From: a virus
Reading direction: 5' to 3' (one strand)
Virus record (IMG/VR): IMGVR_UViG_3300008448_011290
Length of the DNA: 64,000 nt
This document shows, in pieces, positions 35,375 through 47,800 of the stretch (the stretch's first letter is position 1; the number at the start of each line of letters is the position of its first letter). Position numbers and translations under genes: made by a program. The notes below the pieces were generated by a model, which was not told the origin of the DNA, searched no databases, and worked only from the letters and a program-made list of their open reading frames with translations.

Positions 35375-37890
35375 TGCCAGGCGATACATCAACACCCAAT
35401 AGACAGAATAGAACTTCTACCTACACAGAGGTCAATCCTGGCCCCTATATCGGCATAGTGAAAGACAACGTGGATCCTTCTAAAATGGGAGGATTACGAG
35501 TGCTGATACCCAGTCTATCAGGAGTTAACGAAGGGTTTGCTGGGCAGCTCTATGATGTGCAATACCTTATGCCATTCTATGGTGCTAAGAGTACCAATGC
35601 ATTGTCTGGCAGCACAGCGGGTGACGTAGCCAAATATGAAGATGGAGCTCATTCTTATGGAATGTGGATGGTGCCCCCAGACATAGACAGTCGAGTGCTG
35701 GTTATATTTGTAGAAGGCAAAATTTCTCAGGGTTTTTGGTTTGGTTGTGTACAGGATCCTTTAACCAATCACATGATTCCAGGCATAGCAGCATCGAAAG
35801 ACACAGTGGGAGAAACATCATCAGAAGATACCACACAAGATCTTAAAAGAGAAATTTATGGCACAGATATAGTGCCAGCCGGAGAAATAAACAGGAAATT
35901 ATATAATTTTAGTGGAGGAGCAGGAGGCACCGATAGATTAAGGAAACCTATACATCCATTCGCAAATACTCTGAGAGAACAGGGATTGAGCCAAGACACA
36001 GTGAGAGGCACTACAACTAGCTCTGCACGTAGAGAGAGCCCTAGCGCCGTGTTTGGAATCAGCACACCAGGAAGAGTAGATCCTGAAAGAAGAAAAGCCA
36101 AATTAGGACCGGTAGATGCATTAGAAGACATACCAGTGGTAAGAAATGCTGGACACACTTTTGTAATGGATGACGGAGATGCAGTAGGAGACAATCAATT
36201 GATACGATTAAGGACCAGTTCTGGTCATCAGTTATTGATGCATGATACAGCAGGAGTGATGTACCTAGCCAATGCTAAAGGCACTGTATGGATGGAGTTT
36301 AGTAACGATGGTGCAGTGGATATCTATGCTCAAAAAGGTTATAACATAAGATCTGGGGGAGACATAAACTTTCACTCAGAAGGTGATATTAATATGTACG
36401 CCAATAGGAATATTAAAATTAAAGCCAACGAACATCTAGGAGAAGATCCATTAGATAGAACTATTAAAGGATTTGTCAGCATTGATGGTTCAATTATTAA
36501 TCAAATAGCCAGCCGAGCAATGAATGTGACAGTGGACAAAGGATACTACAGTCTGCGAACCGGTATGAGCATCTACACACAAGCAGCAGGTGGGCAACAA
36601 ATACATCAAGCATCAGGACAAGTGCACCTAGTGGGCAGTCAAGTCCATTTTAACAGTATGCCTGCAGATCCAAATCTAGTACAACCTTTGCAAAGAACTG
36701 CTTTCAATCAACCATATGGCACAGGAACTGGAGAAGTTCAAGTTCCCGATGTTACTCCTATTCTCAAAGGATCAGTTGGAGTGATGAAACAAGACAGAAG
36801 CATACCAGGCATGTCAGGCATGCGAGTGCCAACACATGAACCATTCCTATGGCACTATGACAATTTTAAAGCGTTTTCAGCATCTGGTAAGAGAGAAGAT
36901 GCCAATGTGCCAGGCACTCTTGGATATGCAGAACAAAGAAATAGAACCAGCACAGTACCTACGGTAAGATTAGGACAATATCAAGCCGACTTAGAAAAAT
37001 ATATTAAGAACACGGTTCCAGGTACCACAGATGTTGCGGCTATACAGAAAGCCACTGCTGATTTTACACAAAACTATTCAAGTATTTTCAACTTATCAGA
37101 CTCAGGACCACTGGCTATCAGACCATTACTGCCAGGAATCAGTGATGTTTCGAATCAAGTTATTAATAGAATCACAGGCATTGCAGGAGGAGAAGTAGGC
37201 AATCTATTCAAAGATCAAATATTTGTGAATCAAGCTGGCACATTGTATACACTTGGAGACATGGGTAAAGTTATTAATAATTTGCCAGGAGGCAATGTTG
37301 TTGGCAATCTTGCTGCCACAGCACAAAATGCAGTAAACGCCACTGTTGGAAATGTGATCAATAATGCGATCAGTAGCGGAGTTAACAGTGTAGCCAACAC
37401 TGTATTTTCTAATAGTAATGTATCTGCAGTTAAAGACTTTTTCCGAGGAGATGGTATAGACACGTATGCTCTCGCAAATGATATGTCTGTAAGCTCTTTT
37501 GTAGATCCTCAAGTATTTGGAGGAGGATTGCCAGACCTATTCAAAAATGTTGGAGATATATTTGGACAGGGAGCATTCGGAAACAATGTAATATCTGGTA
37601 TAAATTTAAGCAATCTATCTCCAGAAGGATTGATACAAGGACTGGGCACAGCAGCAATCAACACCGGCATAAGTATTGTGACAGATCAATTTAGAAATAT
37701 TATTGGAGGAGAGATTACTTCTTTAACTAATATAACAAGTGTACTGTCAGGAGGAATTGAAAACGTGCTAGGATCTGTGGCATCGAGTGTGGGAGATGTA
37801 TGGAGTTTTGCACAAGGTGGATTTGCTTTCAGTGATGGCGCTGATATTTTAACAGTAGCAGATTTTGGATTTGGAGGATTTGGGTGGTAG
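35374..37890 (+). CDS. Baseplate central spike (gp5/VgrG-like OB-fold plus beta-helix) with long C-terminal extension
   Basis: GPYIGIVKDNVDP..MGGLRVLIP, SYGMWMVPPD..SRVLVIFVEG, GHTFVMDDG, RTSSGHQLLMHD, RVPTHEP. Confidence 0.8.
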   Translation: MPGDTSTPNRQNRTSTYTEVNPGPYIGIVKDNVDPSKMGGLRVLIPSLSGVNEGFAGQLYDVQYLMPFYGAKSTNALSGSTAGDVAKYEDGAHSYGMWMVPPDIDSRVLVIFVEGKISQGFWFGCVQDPLTNHMIPGIAASKDTVGETSSEDTTQDLKREIYGTDIVPAGEINRKLYNFSGGAGGTDRLRKPIHPFANTLREQGLSQDTVRGTTTSSARRESPSAVFGISTPGRVDPERRKAKLGPVDALEDIPVVRNAGHTFVMDDGDAVGDNQLIRLRTSSGHQLLMHDTAGVMYLANAKGTVWMEFSNDGAVDIYAQKGYNIRSGGDINFHSEGDINMYANRNIKIKANEHLGEDPLDRTIKGFVSIDGSIINQIASRAMNVTVDKGYYSLRTGMSIYTQAAGGQQIHQASGQVHLVGSQVHFNSMPADPNLVQPLQRTAFNQPYGTGTGEVQVPDVTPILKGSVGVMKQDRSIPGMSGMRVPTHEPFLWHYDNFKAFSASGKREDANVPGTLGYAEQRNRTSTVPTVRLGQYQADLEKYIKNTVPGTTDVAAIQKATADFTQNYSSIFNLSDSGPLAIRPLLPGISDVSNQVINRITGIAGGEVGNLFKDQIFVNQAGTLYTLGDMGKVINNLPGGNVVGNLAATAQNAVNATVGNVINNAISSGVNSVANTVFSNSNVSAVKDFFRGDGIDTYALANDMSVSSFVDPQVFGGGLPDLFKNVGDIFGQGAFGNNVISGINLSNLSPEGLIQGLGTAAINTGISIVTDQFRNIIGGEITSLTNITSVLSGGIENVLGSVASSVGDVWSFAQGGFAFSDGADILTVADFGFGGFGW

Positions 37891-37893
37891 ATT

Positions 37894-38301
37894 ATGGCAT
37901 ACGAAGATAAAAATAGCAATAGCAACTTAAGACAAGTGTTCAAAGGTTTCAGTTCACGAGCCGATCAAAACAATTTTAGATTGTACGATTTTGAATTAAT
38001 CAAACAGGATCTTATCAATAGATTGAGTGTACGCAAAGGCGAGCGAGTGGAAAATCCTGAATTTGGCACTATAATCTATGATTGCATATTTGAACCTTTG
38101 ACCAATGCTCTAAAACAAGCCATAGCCGATGACATTACACAAAATTTAAATGCTGATCCACGTATTAGTTCATCTGATATCACTGTGAGCGAAACTGAAA
38201 AAGGCATTGCTGTACAAGCCACTATAACCTATGTACCCTACAATATTACCGAGAAATTAACATTCTCATTCGACGAAAACTCTCTTTTACGCCTGTCTTA
38301 A
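37894..38301 (+). CDS. gp25: Baseplate wedge subunit (T4 gp25-like)
   Basis: LIKQDLINRLSVRKGERVENPEFGTIIYD.IFEP...DPRI. Confidence 0.88.
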   Translation: MAYEDKNSNSNLRQVFKGFSSRADQNNFRLYDFELIKQDLINRLSVRKGERVENPEFGTIIYDCIFEPLTNALKQAIADDITQNLNADPRISSSDITVSETEKGIAVQATITYVPYNITEKLTFSFDENSLLRLS

Positions 38302-38344
38302 TCTACGCACTTAATAATATCCATAAATATCCGTGTATTAAACT

Positions 38345-41300
38345 ATGTCCACTACTGATAGACAAAACCGATTGCTTGTAGCCGAAGATTGGCGCAAAAT
38401 CTATACCAGTTTCCAACAAGCTGATTTTAAATCCTACGATTTTGAGACACTGAGAAGGACCATGATTGCCTATCTTAGAGAAAATTATCCAGATGATTTC
38501 AATGATTTTGTTGAGAGTTCAGAATACATTGCGCTGATAGATCTTATTGCGTATATTGCTCAGAGTTTGAGTTTTCGAGTGGATTTAAATGCTCGAGAAA
38601 ACTTTTTAGAAACAGCTTCTAGAAGAAACAGCATACTGAGATTGGCACGATTAATCAATTACAATGCCAAAAGAAATCTTCCAGCCACAGGACTTTTAAA
38701 ATTTCAATCAGTGTCTACCACCCAGGATGTTCGAGACAGCGGTGGCAACAGTCTAGCCAACGTTACAATTGTGTGGAATGATTCTACCAATGCTAACGCT
38801 AGAGAACAATTTATTACTATATTGAATGCAGCCAATGTGTCCGGTCAATTAATTGGAAAACCCAAAGAGTCGGGCAACATTGGTGGAATTAAGACAGAGA
38901 CTTATATGGTGAATACCACTAATACAGACGTACCAGTATTCACATTCACTAGAGGCATAAGTGGAATAGCAAGAAACTTTGAAATAGTGCCAGCCACAAT
39001 ATCCGATTCAGAATCTATCTATGAACAAGCACCAGTGCCAGGCACAGGATTCACTTATGTTTATAGAAATGATGGAGCAGGTGACTCTAGTCCTAACACA
39101 GGATTTTTTGCTCTACTGAAACAAGGATCGTTGGCCAATCTTGAATTTTCTATAACTCAACCCACAACCAACTATGTTCAATCTATCAATGTTAACAACA
39201 TCAACAACATCGATGTGTGGTTGTATGAGTTAGATGATTTTGGACAGATAGAAAAATTTTGGACCAAGGTACCCGATCTCAGTGGTAACAATGTCATCTA
39301 TAACAGTTTAAATGCAGATGTTAGAGACATCTACAATGTTGTCACTAAAACCAATGACGCAGTGGATCTTGTGTTTGGAGATGGCAACTTTTCTAACATA
39401 CCATCGGGAAGATTTAGAGCATACTACAGAACCAGTGCCAATTCAAATTTCTCAGTTCAACCAGCCGACATGCAAGGCATATCATTCAGTATGTCCTACA
39501 CAGATGTCAATGGAGGAGAACAGACATTAACAGTCACAGCATCTCTACAACAGAGTATCTATAATGCTGCTGCAACAGAGAGCAACGACAGTATCAAAAC
39601 CAAAGCACCACAGGTATATTATTCTCAGAATAGAATGATCACAGCAGAAGATTATAATGTGGTTCCTCTATCAGCATCACAGGAAATTATTAAAATAAAA
39701 TCAGTAAACAGAAGTGCCAGCGGTATTAGTAGAGCCAAAGAGATCATAGATCCCACAGGAGCATACAGCAATGTATCAGTATTTGCTGATGACGGAATAC
39801 TTTACAGAGAAGAGAGCACACCAGAATTTACTTTTACATTTACAAATAGAAATGAGATATTAGACGTAATTAATCGATTGGTAGAACCAACATTGTCTTT
39901 ATCTTCTGCTAGACAATTTTATTATATCAAGTATGACAGAAGAGATCTTAGTGCTTTAAATGCCTCTTGGGTCAGCACAACCACAGGCACCAATACTAAC
40001 ACAGGTTATTTTACAGCTGGTGGACCATTAGCAGTGGGAGATTTTGCAACCACTAATTTAAAATATGCTAAACCAGGAGCTCTAATTAAATTTACATCGC
40101 CAGACACAAGAAAATTTTTAAACGGCAAATTAGTATCTGCAAGTACAAACCTAGCACAGGATAGACAGTGGAGTAAAATTGCTGCAGTGGTAGGAGATGG
40201 TGCTAACGGAGGAGCAGGCAATCTAGAAACAGGAATAGGACCAATTACATTAAATGATATAGTGCCTGAAGATGCTGAATTAGCATCAGTTATTCCTCAA
40301 TTCGTAACTGTATTTGATACTGCATTGAAAACAGATTTGCAAGATAGAATAGAAATTTATGAAGAGTTTGGTCTACGATTTGATGAAGAAAACTCTGAAT
40401 GGATAGTAATAACAGGTGCTAATTTAAATTCTTCTGAAGAATTTTCTTTGAACGATACAGGAGATAATACAAACACTAATCAAGATGCTAGTTGGTGGTT
40501 TAAATTTACCAACGACGGAAATACATACACAGTAACTTCTAGAGCATTGGATTATATTTTTGAATCAGAAGCAGATAATAAATTTCATTTTGATAGTCAA
40601 GAAAGAATATACGATTATATCACAGGAACATCAGTGAAGGACACTGTGAGAGTATTAAAAAGTAACACTGTGCCCAGCACAGGACTAGGCATAGGTTATC
40701 CAATTGATTGGCAGATTGTGGACACAGTGGAAGAATCAGATGGATATCAAGATAATAGAAAAGTTAAAGTCGGATTTTATGACAACGACGATGATGGAGT
40801 AGTTGATAATCCAGATATTTTTGATATTGTAGTAGAACCAGACGTATCTATCACAACAAAATTTGTATTTTTTGAAAAATATAACAGTTATGACAATATA
40901 GAAAGATACAGACCTTATTCAGCTACTAATTTTATAGTTACTTCTTTAGAATCTAATATTACAATACCGGGAGAGTACGAAGATGGACAACTATTTTATT
41001 TCTACACAGATGATGTGGTTAAAATCTACAACAGTGAAGCAATAACATTGAACACTACTACAGATTATTATGCTAGAAGAGGCAGAAGTGCTATAGAATT
41101 CCTATATAGACACAATGCTGGACAAGGCACTAGAATAGATCCTTCTCAAACCAATATTGTTGATATCTACATGTTAGAAAGATCTTATGATCAGTTATAT
41201 AGAACATGGTTATCTCAAGGTGGCACAGAACCTGCACCATCCACATCAGATCAATTAAGAATTTCTTACTCAGGAGTATTGAATCCATTAAAAGGATTAT

Positions 41301-41824
41301 CAGATCAAATAGTATACCATCCAGTGAAATACAAAATATTATTTGGATCCAAAGCAGAAGAACAATTCCAAGCCACATTCAAAGTGGTTAAAAACTCTCT
41401 AACCAATGTGACCAATGCAGTTATCAAAACTCGAGTTATACAGGCTATAAATGAATTTTTTGCTCTAAATAATTTTGATTTTGGAGATACTTTTTATTTC
41501 ACAGAGTTAGCTACTTACATACACAATCAATTAGCACCAGATCTATTAACAGTGGTTATAGTACCCAATCAAAACGAACAAGCATTTGGATCATTATTCC
41601 AAATCAGTGGTGCTGCAGATGAAATTTTTATCAGTGGAGCGACTGTGGATGATGTTGTAATCATTGATGCTATAGGTGCCAATCAGTTAGCAGCTAGCGG
41701 TACAGTTGTAACTAGTACTACTGGTACCACTACCAGCAATAGATCAACATCGGCAGTATCATCAGTTACCACAGGAAAATCTGGATCAAGATCCAACACA
41801 GGCAGTAGCGGAACAGGATACTAG
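38345..41824 (+). CDS. gp6: Baseplate wedge protein (T4 gp6-like, enlarged)
   Basis: DFETLRRTMIAYL, ENFLETA..RNSILRLA..INY, FGDGNFSNIP, ESNDSIK.KAP..YYSQNRMITAEDY. Confidence 0.85.
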   Translation: MSTTDRQNRLLVAEDWRKIYTSFQQADFKSYDFETLRRTMIAYLRENYPDDFNDFVESSEYIALIDLIAYIAQSLSFRVDLNARENFLETASRRNSILRLARLINYNAKRNLPATGLLKFQSVSTTQDVRDSGGNSLANVTIVWNDSTNANAREQFITILNAANVSGQLIGKPKESGNIGGIKTETYMVNTTNTDVPVFTFTRGISGIARNFEIVPATISDSESIYEQAPVPGTGFTYVYRNDGAGDSSPNTGFFALLKQGSLANLEFSITQPTTNYVQSINVNNINNIDVWLYELDDFGQIEKFWTKVPDLSGNNVIYNSLNADVRDIYNVVTKTNDAVDLVFGDGNFSNIPSGRFRAYYRTSANSNFSVQPADMQGISFSMSYTDVNGGEQTLTVTASLQQSIYNAAATESNDSIKTKAPQVYYSQNRMITAEDYNVVPLSASQEIIKIKSVNRSASGISRAKEIIDPTGAYSNVSVFADDGILYREESTPEFTFTFTNRNEILDVINRLVEPTLSLSSARQFYYIKYDRRDLSALNASWVSTTTGTNTNTGYFTAGGPLAVGDFATTNLKYAKPGALIKFTSPDTRKFLNGKLVSASTNLAQDRQWSKIAAVVGDGANGGAGNLETGIGPITLNDIVPEDAELASVIPQFVTVFDTALKTDLQDRIEIYEEFGLRFDEENSEWIVITGANLNSSEEFSLNDTGDNTNTNQDASWWFKFTNDGNTYTVTSRALDYIFESEADNKFHFDSQERIYDYITGTSVKDTVRVLKSNTVPSTGLGIGYPIDWQIVDTVEESDGYQDNRKVKVGFYDNDDDGVVDNPDIFDIVVEPDVSITTKFVFFEKYNSYDNIERYRPYSATNFIVTSLESNITIPGEYEDGQLFYFYTDDVVKIYNSEAITLNTTTDYYARRGRSAIEFLYRHNAGQGTRIDPSQTNIVDIYMLERSYDQLYRTWLSQGGTEPAPSTSDQLRISYSGVLNPLKGLSDQIVYHPVKYKILFGSKAEEQFQATFKVVKNSLTNVTNAVIKTRVIQAINEFFALNNFDFGDTFYFTELATYIHNQLAPDLLTVVIVPNQNEQAFGSLFQISGAADEIFISGATVDDVVIIDAIGANQLAASGTVVTSTTGTTTSNRSTSAVSSVTTGKSGSRSNTGSSGTGY

Positions 41825-41826
41825 AG

Positions 41827-44800
41827 ATGGCTGATTCACCTATCAACAGCACAACTAATTACGAAGTTGTTACAGACAGTAACGGTGTGACTCTGAGAAG
41901 ATCCATAGCTCATCTGCCATCGTTCTATAGAACAGACAATAATCATAGATTTTTAACCAGCACTTTAGATCAATTAATACAACCAGGCAAATTAACAAGA
42001 TTAGATGGCTATGTTGGTCGTCAATATTCTTATACTAGACAAGCAGCTGACAGTTATATCGAAGCAACCAGCGAGGACAGAGCCAATTATCAATTAGAAC
42101 CTGCTGTGACCTACACAGACAAAGATACATCTTCTATCAATCCAGAAGACCAAGTTAAATTCACAGCCACCTATGATGATTATATTAATCAAATAAAATT
42201 CTTTGGTGGCAATGTTGATAATCATGATAGACTTAATAAAGAGATAGTGTATGCATGGAATCCTGCAGTAGACTTTGACAAATTAATCAATTACAGAGAA
42301 TACTATTGGTTGCCAGAAGGTCCAAATCCCATTTTAGTTTCTAATAACGGTACAAATTCAGTTACTGAGATATCAGTGGATCATGTGGGCAACACTGCTT
42401 ATACTTTCAGCACATATGATGGTGTACAAAATCCCACAATAACATTATACAGAGGTAACACTTACAAATTTGTATTAGATGTAGACGGTCATCCTTTCTA
42501 TATTATGACCGAACCATTTACCACGGGCATAGCCGAGGATGGCAGCACATCAGTGATTTATTCTTCAGCTGTGTCAGGCAATGGCACTGAGGTTGGTATT
42601 TTAACTTTTACGGTACCATCAGATGCACCAGACATATTGTATTATCAGTGTGGCAATCACCAAGCAATGCAGGGTATTTTAACAATTAAAACTATCACTG
42701 CTGTAACAAAAATAGATGTAGAGCACGAGATAGTAGGCACAAAGAATTATATCATGTCTTCAGGAATAAAACTGAGCAATGGTATGAAATTAAAATTTAT
42801 TGATAATGTGACCAGTGCAACATATAAAAATAAAGAATTTTATGTGGAAGGAGTGGGCGATCATATTACTCTAACAGATACTGCTCGATTAATCACACCA
42901 GAATCTTATTCTGCAGAGACCACAGAATTGTATGACACAGTGACTTACGATAGTAGACCTTATGCAATCAGTTTTTATAGACCCGAAACACCCGATTATA
43001 TCACAATCAAAAGAGACAGTCCAGATAACAATGCATGGAGTAGATATAACCGATGGTTTCATAAATCAGTAATAAAAACATCAGACGATGTTAATGGTAA
43101 TATTACCGCTTTATTAGAAACAGCTAGAGCCAAAAGACCCATAATAGAATTTGACTCAGGCATACAATTATATGATCACGGAACAGAAGGATTAAACTCT
43201 GTGGCCTTGATTGACACAGTGACCACAGATGTGTTCTCCACAGTGGTCAACTCTTCAGGATACATTGTGGACGGTATTTCTTTAGCACATGGCATGAGAG
43301 TATTATTCACAGCAGACACCGATTCAATAGTTAAAAATAGAATTTATAAAGTGAATTTTGTCACAGTGGGAGGTAACTCAGTAATAAATCTTACGCAAGA
43401 AGCAGATGGCATACCACAAGATGGTCAAACTGTGTATGCAGAGTTAGGAGCAAACTACCAAGGAAAAACTTTTTATTACAGTGAGTCTGAAAATGCATGG
43501 CAGCAAGGACAGACAAAAACAGCTCTAAATCAAAAACCTTTATTTTCTTTACAGGATAATAATGATATAAAATTTAATGATCAAACAGTGTATCAAAATT
43601 CTTCTTTTGCAGGTGCTGCTGTTTTTGAATATAAAATTTCAGAAACTTCTCCTGTGGATACAGTGTTAGGATTGAGAGTAAAATACAACACTATCAATAA
43701 TGTGGGAGATATTACTTTTACTTCTGATCTTGGATCGGGATCATTCACTTATAAGAGTGGAGACAAAGTGATATCTAAAAATTTTGGCACAGGTCATGTG
43801 CATTATATTATCAGTAGAACAGAAAATGAAGCCAAAACATCTTGGATTAAACGACTTGAAGACAGCAAACAACGAGTAATAAGAACATTCATTGTTGAAG
43901 CTAATGAATTAAGATTATTTCCTATCGATGTATTTGCGAACAGTGTGGAATTGGAAGATTTAGATGTACATGTAGATGTTAACTCTAAAGTACAGAATCT
44001 AAACACAGATTATACATTAGTAGATGGAACCACAAACAAATATATAAAATTTTCATATGATCTTTTGGTGGGAGACATAGTTAAAATACAATGTTACAGT
44101 GCAGCCAAAAGAGTTGTCGGCAAAGGTTTATATGAAATACCAGAAAATTTATCAGTCAATCCGTTCAACGAGCAGTTGAAAGATTTTACCTTTGGACAAA
44201 TATTAAATCATGTGCATGATATAAATGAAAAGAATGTTGAACTAACAGGAGATATACCTGGAGACAGTAATTTACGAGATTTGCCTGATGTAAGAACCAA
44301 AGGTGGAACCATAATACAACATTCAGCACCATTGCCTCAAGCTATGTTCTCATTAATAGATCAGAATGCCAATGCGATTTCTGCTATAGAATATTGTTCT
44401 TTAGAATATCAAAAATTTAAAGAAGGATTTCAATCTAATATCGATATTGGACGGTCCTATGAAGGAGATCCTGCTGCAGCAGTGGACGAAATAATCAAAA
44501 CCATGCATGGTGATCGCGGAATCAGTTTTCCATTCTTCTATGAAGACATGATAGGTTACGGAGAAAAAGTCAGCACAAGAACATACACAGTACAAGACAG
44601 CACAGAAACAGAGTACGCTATTGACAGTCAGTTTGATATCAATGTTTCCAGCAATCGAGCAGTCTATGTTTACCTTAACAACACACAATTATTACAAGGT
44701 TACGATTACACTTTTAGTGAAACCGAAGATAGTGTGAATATAACTGCTGCTCTCGTTGAAGGAGATGTGATTAAAATTAAAGACTACAGTGATACCACAG

Positions 44801-47800
44801 GCAGTTTTGTGCCACTAACACCAACAAAGGTGGGAATATATCCTCGATTTAAACCAGAAAAAATTCTTGATGACACATATTTAGAATCAACCTACGTGAT
44901 AGTGGGACACGATGGCAGCAAGACAGTGGCGTATGGAGACTACAGAGACGATATCTTATTAGAATTAGAGAGAAGAATTTATAACAATTGTAAAATTGTT
45001 TATGATTCAGCGTTATTGCCAGAAACAGAGGTGAGACCTTCTGGATTTACACAGGGAGATTATACTATAGGTGAAATCAATAATATTTTAAGTTACGATT
45101 TCTATTCTTGGGCAGGTAGAAATGCTGTGGACTATCAAAAGAATGAGATATATGATGATTCTAATGCTTTTACTTTTAATTACAGCAGCAATAAAGATTC
45201 TGTAAACAGCGAATATCTACCAGGACACTGGAGAGGCATATACAATTATTTCTATGACACGGATCGACCACACACTCATCCTTGGGAAATGTTAGGACAC
45301 AGTGAAAAACCCACGTGGTGGGAAGATACCTATGGTCCAGGACCATACAGCTCGGGCAACGAATTGTTATGGAATGATCTAGCAGCAGGCTATGACAGCG
45401 GCAAAGAATCAGCTGATCCTAGATATGTCAGATCAGACTTGTTAAATTATCTACCAGTGGACGAGAATGGACAATTGCTATCACCTATAGATTCAGGATT
45501 GATAGACAATTACGTATCAGCAGGTATTAATAAAGTATGGAAATTTGGAGATCACTCGCCGACAGAAACTGCTTGGAGAAGAAGTGCTCAATATCCTTTT
45601 GCTGTAATAAAATTATTAGCATTAACTCGACCAGCAAAATTCTTTGGATTATTTTTTGATAACAGTAGATTGGGTTTGAATGTTTCAGGTAATGTTATTG
45701 ACAGTGACACAGAAGTGGCACAGAATATACGCACAGCCAAATATCATTTGGAAACATCAACAGATAATGAAACCGGCACAACCACTCGTTATATTACCGG
45801 AGGATATCAACCGTTTGTTGTGAACTATCTAATTAAAAATGGATTAGATCCAGCAGTATTTTTCTATGATAAAATGAAAAATCTCAATGTACAATTAGCA
45901 TACAAATTGGGAGGATTCACAGACAAACAAAATTTAAGAATATTAACAGACAGTGTTAGTCCAGGATCCACAGCTGGCTCACAGTTTATACCAGATGAGA
46001 ACTATAAAATACTATTTAGAATCAGTAATCCAATAAACACATTTGAATATTCAGGAGTGCTGATAGAATTAAACACAGCCACCACAGGAGATGGCAGCAC
46101 ACTGGAAGGCGGATACAAAGTTATTGGTTATAACACAATCAAACCATATTTTAAAATATTTGAACCATTAAAAAATGGCAACAGTTATTCCATTGAAGCA
46201 GGCAATGCTCGAGCAACCATTTACAAGGATTATGGAAATGTAGAAAAAGTTGTAACCTATGGCACAGTGTTCAAAGATGTCCAATCGGTAGTGAATTTCC
46301 TAACAGGATATGGAAAATATTTAGAATCACAGGGATTTGTTTTTGATAAATTTTCTAGAGAATTAAAAGAAATTGCCAATTGGGAGATGTCATCCAAAGA
46401 ATTCTTATATTGGACAAGACAAGGATGGGCTCCAGGATCGGCTATTACACTAAGTCCAGGAGCTGAAGGATTTCATCTCTCAACCAAAGACAGTGTGATA
46501 GGAAGATTAAAGAATCTACAGGGAGAATACACAGTATTAGATTCTGCTGGTAGTACAGTTAACAGCAAATCAATTAGTACAAAACGCATAGGAACCACTT
46601 TTGAAATAATCAGCAAATTTCCAGAATCAGGCATATACAATATCACAATGAATGCTGTACAGAAAGAACACATTCTATTATTTGACAATATCACAGTGTT
46701 TTCGGATATTTTATTACAGTTAGCAACAGGATTCCGTCAACAGAGATTCCGATTAATTGGTTGGAAAACTGGAGACTGGAACGGTGATTATTATTCTCCA
46801 GGATTTGTTTTTGATGAAGCTCAAGTAGCAGCATGGACAGCTAATACTGATTATCAAATTGGCGATACAGTAGAATACAATGCTAAATTTTACACTTCTA
46901 AAGTTAATCATAATTCTGGAAACACGTTCGAATCAGATAAATGGCAGAAGAAGAAAGAAAAACCTGCTGCACAATTAATACCTAATTTTGATTATAAAAT
47001 TTCTCAGTTTAATGATTTTTATAACTTAGAGAGCAATAATTTTGATGAAGGTCAACAGAGATTGGCTCAGCATCTTACAGGATATCAATCTAGAAGTTAT
47101 CTAGACAATCTTTTCCTTAACGACGTTTCTCAATACAAATTCTATCAAGGATTTATTAGAGAAAAAGGTACTCTTAATGCTATTAATAAATTGGTTAAAG
47201 CAAAATTTTATGGAGAAAATATTGATCTTACTATCTATCCTGAATGGATGATTCGAGTGGGAGAATTTGGAAACACAGATAATAAAAAATTTGTTCAGAT
47301 TCGTATGCCTGACGATACATTTACTAATAATATACAGAGCATAGAAATATTAGACAATGTATCAGACTCGTTGGATTGGGAAAAATCTGTTAGAGTACTT
47401 ACTTCTGAATTATATAATAAAACTATAGAATATAACAGTCAAGAAACTTTCTCTCTGTATGATTACACTGAAGAAGGTACAGATAAAGACACAGTTCAAA
47501 AATTTAAAACAGCAGGATATCCTAGATTACTTGATGTGGATCACACTGCTTTTACGTCTACGGATCTGCTGAATCTTGATGTATCTTCTATAACCAAAAA
47601 CGATCTAGTATGGGTAGCAAAAAAAGATAACAATGATTGGGACGTATTAAGATTGACATCCACAGTTTTAAAAATTATTGCCATGCGATCCATTAACAAT
47701 GCTACTCAATTAGAAGTGATACTAACTGGCAATCATGATTTTGTGGCAGGCGATTATTTCTCAATACTAAACAGTCAAAGCACACAATTAAATGGAGTGT

